Source: Kiritimatiellia bacterium (GTDB lineage: Bacteria; Verrucomicrobiota; Kiritimatiellia; RFP12; UBA1067). From it: a stretch of 64,000 nucleotides of DNA. Each line of letters starts with the position of its first letter. The first letter of the stretch is position 1. Shown piece after piece: positions 1 through 8,376 of this stretch. Below the pieces are notes generated by a model. The model was not told the origin of the DNA, made no database searches, and saw nothing but the letters and a program-made list of their open reading frames with translations. Both the position numbers and the translations under genes were made by a program. Location: positions 886-64,885 of the forward strand of contig JAQUCE010000012.1 of assembly GCA_028686345.1 (NCBI GenBank). Direction: 5' to 3'.

Positions 1-404
1 TAGATTCCCTCCTCACCTTGCGCCAGAACATAGATCCCGAAGAGCGTGCCCTGATCCGCATCAGAACCATTGCTATTGGTGATTTCAAGACCGTCGACCT
101 CATAATAGGATGGATTTTCCAGCAGGACTCCGGCGATATGCGCTCCTTTTGCCTGGATTTGCGGACGGGCTCCCTCACCAAAAGCGGCTATCCTGATCAA
201 TGCGCCCGCCCTCCCTTTACCCCTCGGGGCTAACATACCGGTGAACAGCATACCACGCCGTAACAAAATGGCATCGCCCGGCTGCAGTTCAATCCGGCTG
301 ACTGCTTCAAACTTCTGCTGCGAGTCCACCCGGTACTCACGCGCATAGCAGCGTGTCGCTAACAACATAAAAAAGACAATTGAACATAGAGGGTGTAATT
401 TCAT
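1..404 (-). CDS. secreted parallel beta-helix (pectate-lyase fold) protein, 5' part only; gene continues past the left edge
   Basis: Absent from the ORF track because no stop lies in the window. The reverse-strand ATG at 404-402 opens a frame that stays open to position 1. It encodes MKLHPLCSIVFFMLLATRCYA (signal peptide), then REYRVDSQQKFEAVSRIELQPGDAILLRRGMLFTG...IAAFGEGARPQIQAKG...YYEVDGLEITNSNG, a typical beta-helix protein N-terminus. Confidence 0.5.
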   Translation of the reverse strand, partial: MKLHPLCSIVFFMLLATRCYAREYRVDSQQKFEAVSRIELQPGDAILLRRGMLFTGMLAPRGKGRAGALIRIAAFGEGARPQIQAKGAHIAGVLLENPSYYEVDGLEITNSNGSDADQGTLFGIYVLAQGEEGI

Positions 405-641
405 TCCATTTCCTTGCCTAATGACAGATGTAACCGGCAGTAAGGTATCTGTTTGAACGCGGCATGGATACATAATACCATGACTTGAAACCGTTTAAAA
501 CCTGAAAACTCATCTAAAAATCGACCTCTAAGGGCCAATTTTCATCTTTTTCAGGAGCTAAAGAATTATATATTAACATCTTGTGGAGGCTTGGCGTCGA
601 TACAACCACTGTCTATAGTTGGAGCCTTCGGCGCGGAGCAA

Positions 642-690
642 GGAAGTCGTCCGCTATGCGGGTGGCACGCAAATGATCAGCAGGGCACGC
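642..690 (+). repeat. CGCTATGCG-core hairpin module + AATGATCAGCAGGGYACGC tail
   Basis: GGAAGTCGTCCGCTATGCGGGTGGCACGCAAATGATCAGCAGGGCACGC closely matches 38576-38622. Confidence 0.8.
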
Positions 691-820
691 ACTCTAGTCG
701 GCAGGGTCAGTTTAAACTCGTCCATGATGTTGCGCTGCACAGGGCTGGTCTCTTCGTACTACTATCATTCATTTTCGTGCTTTTTATGCACATTTCATTA
801 TCACTTTTAAGGTAACTTTT

Positions 821-853
821 AAAATCCAAAATCACAAATCCAAGATCATAAAT
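821..853 (+). repeat. OL oligo-repeat (CCAAAATCACAAATCC type) abutting a gene stop
   Basis: AAAATCCAAAATCACAAATCCAAGATCATAAAT ends directly at the stop codon (854-856) of the oxidoreductase gene. Confidence 0.85.
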
Positions 854-2008
854 CTACAAACCCACCGGCCTACCCGTCCGATAGCACTCCTGGGCGGCAA
901 AGACAATCGCGTGTGTTTTAATTGCATCCGCGAGGTTGCAGTGTGACTCCACATTATTCTGAATGCAATTCACAAAGTGGTCGATCTCGCCTTGGAAGGG
1001 GTGGTGCGAGACATCGGCGCTGTCAGGACGGATCGTATCGAACTCGATCCAATCTCTCTGCTCCGGGTAACGATGCGACCAGATTTTGTTATCCTTAGCT
1101 GAGCCCTGGTCGCCGAAGATCTGTACTGGAAAACGGTAGGGCTGGATACACTCGAAGTTAACCCCCACCTTGCCGAGCACCCCGTTGGAAAATTTAACCA
1201 GAATCATCTCAACCCCAGCGTACTCCAGCGGCTCGCCTTCATGCCAGCTATTAGTGACGGGATTGTATTGCGTGGTGGAGCGCCCGCGCTTGCCACCCTC
1301 GTATGCGAAAATCTCAATTGGATCGGCTGCTTCAAACTCGCCCTGGGCTGCAAACCAGCGCAAGGCATCAATGGCGTGACACCCTGCCACCAGCATGGCG
1401 CTGCCACCTTTTGCTAGGGTGCGCCCCAGCGAAAACCCGCCCCACCAGTCGCCACTGTAGCTCTGGTAGTCGGTTTCCACACAGAAAATCTCGCCGAAAT
1501 CGCCTGCCGCGCTCATCTGCTTGAGCTTAACAAACATCGGATTCCAGCGCAGCACAAAGCTGACTACACTCTTAACCCCTGCCCGGCTGATCGCCGCCTG
1601 CATGGCGTGCAGCTCCGCCATGCTCTGCGCGGCCGGCTTCTCGATCACAACATGCTTACCAGCATCCGCCGCGGCGATCACATGCTCGGCGTGCAGATGC
1701 TGCGGCGTGCAGATTGAGATAATGTCAACCCCCGGCTGCGCCAGTGCTGCCGCGTAATCCTCAAAGCAGGGCACATCCAGCCCAAACTCGGCCGCGCGCT
1801 GGCGGGCACCCTTAACAGTGCGACTGGAAATCGCCACAACTTCAGTATTGGGGTTAGCCGCGAAAGCCGCGATATGCTGGGTTGAAACCCAGCCCGCACC
1901 GTGGATTAAAACACCTAAAGGTGTTTGGATTTTGGATTTGTGATTTTGGGTTTTGGATTGGTTGCTCATTTGTGATTTTGGTGTTTGGGTTTTGGGTTGA
2001 TTATTCAT
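854..2008 (-). CDS. Gfo/Idh/MocA family oxidoreductase
   Basis: 384-aa ORF with a Rossmann N-terminus (GVLIHGAGWVSTQHIAAF) and an EKP motif (VVIEKPAA). The first ~35 codons translate the CCAAAATCACAAATCC repeat, so the true start may be the ATG at 1969 or later. Confidence 0.85.
   Translation of the reverse strand: MNNQPKTQTPKSQMSNQSKTQNHKSKIQTPLGVLIHGAGWVSTQHIAAFAANPNTEVVAISSRTVKGARQRAAEFGLDVPCFEDYAAALAQPGVDIISICTPQHLHAEHVIAAADAGKHVVIEKPAAQSMAELHAMQAAISRAGVKSVVSFVLRWNPMFVKLKQMSAAGDFGEIFCVETDYQSYSGDWWGGFSLGRTLAKGGSAMLVAGCHAIDALRWFAAQGEFEAADPIEIFAYEGGKRGRSTTQYNPVTNSWHEGEPLEYAGVEMILVKFSNGVLGKVGVNFECIQPYRFPVQIFGDQGSAKDNKIWSHRYPEQRDWIEFDTIRPDSADVSHHPFQGEIDHFVNCIQNNVESHCNLADAIKTHAIVFAAQECYRTGRPVGL
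1921..1999 (-). repeat. OL oligo-repeat, extended copy, inside the annotated 5' end of ORF 854-2008
   Basis: GTGTTTGGATTTTGGATTTGTGATTTTGGGTTTTGGATTGG...TTTGTGATTTTGGTGTTTGGGTTTTGGG is the reverse complement of the CCAAAATCACAAATCC family. Confidence 0.85.
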
Positions 2009-2160
2009 TTTCTTGACCGGGCGGTTATTATGGATTTGGCGAATATTGCGGTGAGAGCGTCGGCTTCTTTATGTAATGGTTCGGCTAGCGCGCGATCAAT
2101 AAGCGTGATTATTCTCGAAGCAAAATTTTTGGTTCGTTCCTTCAACTCACCTTCGTTCAT
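2005..2160 (-). pseudogene. remnant of a four-helix-bundle (23S rRNA intervening-sequence family) protein, 51 codons
   Basis: Not in the track (<60 aa). Translation is MNEGELKERTKNFASRIITLIDRALAEPLHKEADALTAIFAKSIITARSRK. It keeps the N-terminal ELKERT.FA.RI and C-terminal EA.EL.AIF..SI.TA signatures, but the ~60-aa middle is missing. Its TGA overlaps the ATG at 2008 (ATGA). Confidence 0.4.
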
Positions 2161-2200
2161 GGTTAGCCCCTTCAGTATTTGGTTACAAACACCTGTCTCG

Positions 2201-2235
2201 CAAATCCAAAATCCAAAATCACAAATCCAAAATCT
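2201..2235 (+). repeat. OL oligo-repeat copy between two co-directional genes
   Basis: CAAATCCAAAATCCAAAATCACAAATCCAAAATC lies just 3' of the stop at 2241. Confidence 0.85.
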
Positions 2236-2240
2236 CTACC

Positions 2241-3518
2241 CTACACCCCCCACGGTGCCCGCATAGCGCTGACCAGCAGCTTGTTGGCCTCAGGATCATC
2301 AGGGAAGATCTCACGCGCTGGATCCCACTTCAGTTTGCTCTGCAGCTGACAGGCAATGCCGCCCAGCAGTGCGCTGGAGGTGGCGCGGTGAGCAACCTCA
2401 GCCGGGGTGATGGTCTCAGCGCGCGTTTTAACACAGTCAAAAAAGTTCTGGGCATGATCTGGACTGCGGTAAAGATGCGTCTCGCTCGGAGCGATCACCT
2501 CTTTCAGCAGCGAGTTCGGTTCAGCCTCTATCCCGCCGCGGGTAAAGATCCAACCATGCTCCCCGATGAATGTGACCCCATGCCGGTTTTTACCGGTGTC
2601 GGTCATGCTCAGCTTCACCCCGTTGACGTATTCAAAGGTTATATCAAAGGTCAGCACTGTGTCGAAAATGCCATCCTTTGGATAGACCCCCTTGCCCTCA
2701 ACCGAGATGGGGCCGCTCCGCTCCAGCCCCATTGCCCACTGGGCAATGTCAAGGTCATGTACCCCATACCCGGCGATCCACCCAGCTTTGCTGTAATCCG
2801 AGACAAAGTACCACCCACGCAGCCCGATGCCGGGGATATCCCCGATTTTTATTGATGCGTATGGAGTAACCGGCGCGGGGCCGAGCCACATGTCGTAGTG
2901 CAGCCCAGCAGGCACCTGCTCCGCCGCTGGCCAGCCAAAAGCATGTCCAGCCGGTGAGCCGATACGGATCTCTTTCAATTTACCGAGCCGTCCGTTGCGC
3001 ACCAGCTCGCAGGCGCGGTGTACGCCGCTCATGCTGTGCAGCTGGGTGCCATGCTGGAAAATCGCGCCGTAACGCTCGGCAGTGTTGACCAGCGCCCGCC
3101 CCTCGGTGATGGTGTTGCTGAGCGGCTTTTCACAGTAAACATCCTTGCCCGCTTTCATCGCCGCAATTGAGATCGGCACATGCCAGTGATCGGGGGTAGC
3201 AACCGCCACAGTGTCAACATCAGCTCTTGCGAGAAGCTCACGGAAATCCAAGTAAGCATCTTTTTCTGTTAGCCCAAGTGCTTTACGATAACTCTCCCGG
3301 TTGTTATCCTGAACATCACAGACCGCGACACCTTGCACACCTTTACAGCGCTTCATCGCTCCCCACACTCCGCCCATGCGCCCGCCGACACCGATCAATC
3401 CGACGGTAATACGGTTGGAAGGCGCGGTCGCCCCATCCTTGCCAAGCACACTTGACGGTATAATGATCGGCATCGCCAACGCGGATGCCGCGACTTTGAT
3501 AAATGCTCTTCTTTTCAT
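2241..3518 (-). CDS. Gfo/Idh/MocA family oxidoreductase with twin-arginine (Tat) signal
   Basis: 425 aa. The N-terminus MKRRAFIKVAASALAMPIII is Tat-like. Rossmann motif VGLIGVGGRMG and motif CEKPL are present. Confidence 0.9.
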   Translation of the reverse strand: MKRRAFIKVAASALAMPIIIPSSVLGKDGATAPSNRITVGLIGVGGRMGGVWGAMKRCKGVQGVAVCDVQDNNRESYRKALGLTEKDAYLDFRELLARADVDTVAVATPDHWHVPISIAAMKAGKDVYCEKPLSNTITEGRALVNTAERYGAIFQHGTQLHSMSGVHRACELVRNGRLGKLKEIRIGSPAGHAFGWPAAEQVPAGLHYDMWLGPAPVTPYASIKIGDIPGIGLRGWYFVSDYSKAGWIAGYGVHDLDIAQWAMGLERSGPISVEGKGVYPKDGIFDTVLTFDITFEYVNGVKLSMTDTGKNRHGVTFIGEHGWIFTRGGIEAEPNSLLKEVIAPSETHLYRSPDHAQNFFDCVKTRAETITPAEVAHRATSSALLGGIACQLQSKLKWDPAREIFPDDPEANKLLVSAMRAPWGV

Positions 3519-3695
3519 AATTCTCTCCGTTTTTTAGATATCCGTTTTGCCGCAGAGGCGTTTTTTCATCTAGGCATCGATAAGCAAGCGCTTCGCAGGC
3601 AGCAGTTATTCGCCAGACAATCCATTTCCGAGCCCCCCGAGGTCGCGGCCCTCGGCTACAGTGCTCCGCACTACAACTCACAGAATGCCGCAACT

Positions 3696-3745
3696 CTCCT
3701 CTGTGTCTCTGTGGTAAAAAAATCCAAAATCACAAATCCAAAATC
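3696..3745 (+). repeat. CTCTGTG-type + OL composite spacer module
   Basis: CTCCTCTGTGTCTCTGTGGTAAAAAAATCCAAAATCACAAATCCAAAATC ends at the stop of the 1016-aa gene. Same composite as 6803-6867. Confidence 0.85.
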
Positions 3746-6700
3746 AATACACCTCCAGCTCCACAATATGCATCCCTGGATTGGCGCTGTTCTTGAGCAT
3801 GGTCACACGCACATAGCGGGCCTGAACAGCATCAAGTTTAAAGCTGACCCCCTGCTCAGTGGCTGGTGCCGTGTTGTCGCTCAGGTCAGCTACCTTGCGC
3901 CAGCTCTGGTTGTCACTTGAAAGCTCCACAACATACTGGTAGTAACGCCCGTCACCAAAATAGTTAATGACCTTAATGCGCGCAAGCTTTTCAACTGCGC
4001 CGAGGTCAACACTGATCCATGCTGGCGAGTGTGCGCAGCTCCAGAAGGTGTTCAATTTGCCATCAAGGGCCAACTCGGGTTTGTGGCTATCCTGCCACGG
4101 ATGCGAAGATGTGACAGGCTTGCCTTTGGCGATGTTCACACTGGCAAGCTCAATCAAGTAATCCTCAATCTCCCTGCGCACCTTTGCATCGCGCACACCA
4201 GGCAGCGCTGTTTTAAGGGCGCGGGATTGTTCAGTCACAGAGGCGGTGTTCTTTGCCAGACGCAGCAGACCCGCGCCAGCCAGACGGTTGAGCGCGTCAG
4301 CGGGCGTCGGATCGGCAATCACTGCCAGCATGGGCTGGATGGCGCTACTCTCCGGCCAGTTGAGCAGGGCGCGCACAGCAGCTTCGTCTTTCGATTGACT
4401 GACAAAGGCCAACGCAACCTCGCCGCCAATCTCCGGCAGAGCACTGATCATGGCGGTGCGCGCCTCGCCGGTCAGTTTGGGTGCGTCCTGCAGCATTGCT
4501 GCCAGGGGCGCATCCGGCGTGCGTTTGCAGATCAGCACCATGGCCGCCGCGGCCGCGGGCTTGACTGCATTGTCACCATCGAGCAGAATCTGGCGCAGTG
4601 CCGGCAGATGCGCGGCGGTTCCATTGCTGCGTATAACCCCGATCGCCGCTGTGGCAACACCGACGATCGGCGAGCTGGCCATCTCCAGCATCAGCTCTAG
4701 TGCGCCAGGGTCGGCGCGGTCAGCAATCAACTTCAGCGCAATTTGAGATAGTTTTACGTCCTGGCTGGCAGCCGCTCCAGCCAGCACATCAAACACCCCT
4801 ACGCCACTCAGCTGCGTCAGCGTGAGCTTGGCCTCAGCACCAGTCGCGCCGCCCGCCGCAACCATTTTCAACAGAGGACGCACCGCAGCCTGCCCCCCTA
4901 TTTCCCGAAGAGCGCGCACAGCTGCGAGCCCAAGCTCCGGGGAATAGTGAGCTAATAGGAACACGAGCAACTTTTCGCTCTCCTTGATCGCTCTGTCGCC
5001 CAAAGTTGTAACAACCGCCAGCCGGGCGCTCTCAGGCAGAGCGTCTAACCTGGCACTCAGATCGAGCAACATCTCTTTGTTAAGCAAGCGCATGGCCGCC
5101 GCACCCCCGTTTTGAAGCTGCGCATCCGTGGAGGTTAAGACAGAGTAAATCTCGTCGTCGGTCGCCTGCGAGCAGCGGACCAGAGCAATCAGGGCTGCGC
5201 TCCTTTGCGCGGCACTGGCCGTGGAGCCCGGCTTCCAAATTGTGCGGTAAATGTTGAGTGCAACCGGATCTTGTCCCAGAGCATCAGCGCAGGCCAGGCG
5301 CGCATCAATAAGCTGCTCCTGCAGCTCTGGAATCTGCTTGAGTTCGCTCAGTGCCTGGGCCGCCGCGGATGTGCCCAGTTTGCCAATGCCGTTGATCGCC
5401 GCCGCTGCAACAATCTCATCGCCCCCAGCGGCCCTAGTTGCCAGCGCAGGCAGGGCAGCCTCATCCTTGCGCGCTCCCAGGGCTTGTATCACGGCTGCGG
5501 CACGTTCAGCAGGGAGCGTGGGCAGAGTGTTGATCATGGTTGCGGTGGCAGCGGCACCCGGAAGAGCGGCAATCGCGTCGAGCGCCTGCATCCAGGAGTT
5601 CTGCGCAAGAAAGGCGGCAGACAGGGGCAGCGAAGCTTCGCTGCCGCAGAGCTGTAGCTGGCGAAAAGCCCAGCACTGGAAATCAGATGACGTCGCGCCT
5701 GCTGACAGGATGGCAAGCAAACGTTGCTCCGAGTTGTGCCTGTCCTGGACGGGCTGCTCGCGGATAGCCTGCTCAACCGCTGCCAGCAGCGTGCGATCAC
5801 TGCCATATTGGTAGCCAGCCATTTTCAACAGAGGATCAGCCATGTCCCCGGCGTAACTGGAAAAAAGTTTTTCCGGTGGAGTTGCGAGCCCATCACCGCT
5901 TCTGATGATGACGCGGAAGGCGAGCTCCAGCGGCTGGCCGGGTTTCAACGCATAAGCCATGCCTGCGGCGGGAAAGGTTGGCTGCAGCCAAGGCAGATCT
6001 TCAAAGCTCACCCAATCACCTGGGTAGTGCGGATTGGCGGGGTGTTGCAACAGAAATATGCCGACTGTGTTTTGCCCTTTTGGCGGCTTGCCGCTCAGCT
6101 CAGCCCAGGCGCGGCAGGGGTACGCGCCGGGTGAATCACGGTGCCGACTGATTTTCAGGTCGCTGAACCGCGACATGCGAAAGTTGAGGCCGCCATACGA
6201 TGTCCGCTGACGCCGTGCAAGGGTGATGCTGTTCTGCAGGGCCTCAAACTTAAACTGAAAGTCAATGACGCGCAGACCATCTTTTGCCGGATAAGCGGTA
6301 ATGGTTGCGAACTCACGCACGATCTCCTCGGTGTCGCCCCATTTCCAGATATTCTCGGCTGTGATGATCGCCGAGTTCTGATCCGCGCTCTGTTTGAGTA
6401 TTTTGACCGGGCGGGCGAAGAGCCCCTGCAGCGCGTGCAGGTCGCGGGTCTCGCCCTTATAGGTCACCTCCGGCCAGGCCCAGTAGATGCCGCGGTGGTG
6501 GGGGTGATCCTTGGAAAAATCCTCGGTCAGGATCTCGCCTGCCGCCCCGTAGAGCGGGTGCACGTAGTTGCCGCGGGCAACCGCGTATTTTCCGCCCACA
6601 CCCTCGGGCACTGGGACTGTGCCGAAGTTATAGGTCAGCACTTGCTGGCCGCTCTCATTAATTGTGTAGCGTTGCGTGGCCTCATCGACCTTGATCGACA

Positions 6701-6794
6701 TCTCAGCCAGAGAGATCGCTGTGGTCAGACAGATAGTCAATGTCATCAAATTTATTCGGTATGTTTTCATAACCTCTCTTTCAGCGCAGCCCAT
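3744..6794 (-). CDS. multidomain secreted protein: PmoA-like (DUF6807) N-domain + HEAT/ARM-like Ala/Leu-rich repeats + C-terminal F5/8 type C (discoidin) domain
   Basis: 1016-aa ORF. N-terminal region has DHPHHRGIYWAWPEVTYKGETRDLHALQG (PmoA-family signature). A long helical A/L-rich middle follows. C-terminus is LALDGKLNTFWSCAHSPAWISVDLG...RYVRVTMLKN (discoidin). The likely true start is the ATG at 6773 (MKTYRINLMTLTICL signal peptide, preceded by AGAGAGG). Confidence 0.8.
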   Translation of the reverse strand: MGCAEREVMKTYRINLMTLTICLTTAISLAEMSIKVDEATQRYTINESGQQVLTYNFGTVPVPEGVGGKYAVARGNYVHPLYGAAGEILTEDFSKDHPHHRGIYWAWPEVTYKGETRDLHALQGLFARPVKILKQSADQNSAIITAENIWKWGDTEEIVREFATITAYPAKDGLRVIDFQFKFEALQNSITLARRQRTSYGGLNFRMSRFSDLKISRHRDSPGAYPCRAWAELSGKPPKGQNTVGIFLLQHPANPHYPGDWVSFEDLPWLQPTFPAAGMAYALKPGQPLELAFRVIIRSGDGLATPPEKLFSSYAGDMADPLLKMAGYQYGSDRTLLAAVEQAIREQPVQDRHNSEQRLLAILSAGATSSDFQCWAFRQLQLCGSEASLPLSAAFLAQNSWMQALDAIAALPGAAATATMINTLPTLPAERAAAVIQALGARKDEAALPALATRAAGGDEIVAAAAINGIGKLGTSAAAQALSELKQIPELQEQLIDARLACADALGQDPVALNIYRTIWKPGSTASAAQRSAALIALVRCSQATDDEIYSVLTSTDAQLQNGGAAAMRLLNKEMLLDLSARLDALPESARLAVVTTLGDRAIKESEKLLVFLLAHYSPELGLAAVRALREIGGQAAVRPLLKMVAAGGATGAEAKLTLTQLSGVGVFDVLAGAAASQDVKLSQIALKLIADRADPGALELMLEMASSPIVGVATAAIGVIRSNGTAAHLPALRQILLDGDNAVKPAAAAAMVLICKRTPDAPLAAMLQDAPKLTGEARTAMISALPEIGGEVALAFVSQSKDEAAVRALLNWPESSAIQPMLAVIADPTPADALNRLAGAGLLRLAKNTASVTEQSRALKTALPGVRDAKVRREIEDYLIELASVNIAKGKPVTSSHPWQDSHKPELALDGKLNTFWSCAHSPAWISVDLGAVEKLARIKVINYFGDGRYYQYVVELSSDNQSWRKVADLSDNTAPATEQGVSFKLDAVQARYVRVTMLKNSANPGMHIVELEVY

Positions 6795-6802
6795 CTTTTT
6801 AT

Positions 6803-6867
6803 CTCCTCTGTGTCTCTGTGCCTCTGTGGCAAAAAAACCAAAATCACAAATCCAAAATCACAAATCC
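6803..6867 (+). repeat. CTCTGTG-type + OL composite spacer module
   Basis: CTCCTCTGTGTCTCTGTGCCTCTGTGGCAAAAAAACCAAAATCACAAATCCAAAATCACAAATCC fills the 80-bp spacer between the URO-D stop and the next start. Confidence 0.85.
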
Positions 6868-6874
6868 CCAGCGG

Positions 6875-7927
6875 CTAGCCGCTGTAATACCCCATATACC
6901 GCTCCAGCGCATCCATCAGCGCTTTCACATTCTCCAGCGGCACCCCTGGATATAGACCGTAGATCATGGTCAGGCCGCCCTCTCTGGAGCCCAGTTTTTC
7001 AACTTCCTCGCGGATCAAAGCATCAATCTGGGCTGGCGTACCGCTGGGCGTGATGCTCTGGCGGTCAATATCAAGATCAATACATACTTTACCGACAAAT
7101 TTGCTCTTAATCCAATCAATTCCATTGACTAAATCCTGGAGGTTGAGCACTTCAACGCCGCCATCGATGATATCATCGGCCAGAGTTCTGATATCCCCGT
7201 CAGAGTGCATGTGCACAATCAGCCCGCGCTCGCGCGCTGGCTGAATGATCCGCTGGTAGCTGGGTTTGATGTATTTGCGAAAGTGATCCGGCGAGAGCAT
7301 GGGCCCTATCTGCATGCCGAGGTCCTCAGGATATGCAATGAAATCCGCCCCCAGATCAATGTAGCGCTGCACCAACACCTGGTTAAAATCTTCAATCAGC
7401 TCGATCAGGCGCATCAGGCGCGGCTCTCCATCTATCATATCGAACATCAGATTCTCGTAGCCGCGGATGTCGACCAACTGCAGAAAGGTGTGACCATGAC
7501 GCAGCAGCGCCATGGCCAGGTTGCCGCTGGCTTTGGCGGCTTGCAGGCGCTCCGCCTCCACGGCCCAGCTGATTGGAAAGAGACCATCACTCTGCTCCGG
7601 ATCAGGGGCTTGGTAGCCTTCAAAGGCCGCCCAGTCAGCTAGCGGATGCTGATGCACTGCGCCGGTGATGCCATCCGTCAACGTCTGCCAGACGCAGCCC
7701 CAGGGGTCGGTATAGGGGTGATCTTTGCGCTGAACCAGCGAGAACTGCGGTTCAACTGTTGCGACAGCTTGATATCCTGGAAAGAGCAGCGGGTGTTCAA
7801 CCATCAGCGCTTGCAGGTCATCATGCGGGTAGTGATTCCAGCAGGCGGGGTTAATATGGAACTCCATTGGAATCCACTCCGGTCGTTCAAACCGTATCGC
7901 CCGTCTAAGATTTTCACCTGTTGTCAT
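6875..7927 (-). CDS. uroporphyrinogen decarboxylase (URO-D) family protein
   Basis: The ORF track extends to 8017. The ATG at 7927 (MTTGENLRRAIRFERPEWIPMEF) fits the URO-D-like family N-terminus often found in sugar-utilisation clusters. Confidence 0.8.
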   Translation of the reverse strand: MTTGENLRRAIRFERPEWIPMEFHINPACWNHYPHDDLQALMVEHPLLFPGYQAVATVEPQFSLVQRKDHPYTDPWGCVWQTLTDGITGAVHQHPLADWAAFEGYQAPDPEQSDGLFPISWAVEAERLQAAKASGNLAMALLRHGHTFLQLVDIRGYENLMFDMIDGEPRLMRLIELIEDFNQVLVQRYIDLGADFIAYPEDLGMQIGPMLSPDHFRKYIKPSYQRIIQPARERGLIVHMHSDGDIRTLADDIIDGGVEVLNLQDLVNGIDWIKSKFVGKVCIDLDIDRQSITPSGTPAQIDALIREEVEKLGSREGGLTMIYGLYPGVPLENVKALMDALERYMGYYSG

Positions 7928-8129
7928 ATCACGTACCAATAACTTACTCAGTGGCCAGTGGCTAGTGGCCAGCTTGCCTATAACTTCGATTTTAACTTGT
8001 AAAACATTGCTGCTCACGTATAACTAAACGCACCGCTTAGGGACAGGCACTGATTTCCCTTAATCCCAATCCTCATCTTTTTCGGCTACGTGATCTAGTC
8101 ACCTCAACGTTTTTTCTCTTTGTCGCAAA

Positions 8130-8161
8130 CTTAGGCGACTAGAAAAAACAATTAATTGTTC
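8130..8161 (+). repeat. L module (hairpin GTCGCCTAAGCGAC-type + A-run + palindrome AACAATTAATTGTT), truncated copy
   Basis: CTTAGGCGACTAGAAAAAACAATTAATTGTTC, with the palindrome at 8147-8160. Confidence 0.85.
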
Positions 8162-8206
8162 ATTCCACTCCGACAAAGTTCGCGACAAAGCTTCCCTGTA
8201 ACTCAA

Positions 8207-8269
8207 GGTCGGGGTCGGGGTCGAAGGGCGCAAGAGATCGACTTCACGACTTCCGATTTCTATACTGCC
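8207..8269 (+). repeat. GGTCGGGG / CGACTTCCGATTT module
   Basis: GGTCGGGGTCGGGGTCGAAGGGCGCAAGAGATCGACTTCACGACTTCCGATTTCTATACTGCC matches 38050-38136. Confidence 0.8.
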
Positions 8270-8271
8270 GA

Positions 8272-8310
8272 GCCTGACTCCTGACTCCTGCCTCCTGCCT
8301 CCTGACTCCC
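8272..8310 (-). repeat. heptamer tandem array (GNCAGGA)x5, inverted relative to 10326-10392
   Basis: GCCTGACTCCTGACTCCTGCCTCCTGCCTCCTGACTCCC is the reverse complement of GTCAGGA/GGCAGGA units. Confidence 0.85.
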
Positions 8311-8376
8311 TCAAAACACCATAAGCATACGCCATCTAAAATGATATTGCGTTCAAGATAGTATTGCAGTACAATT

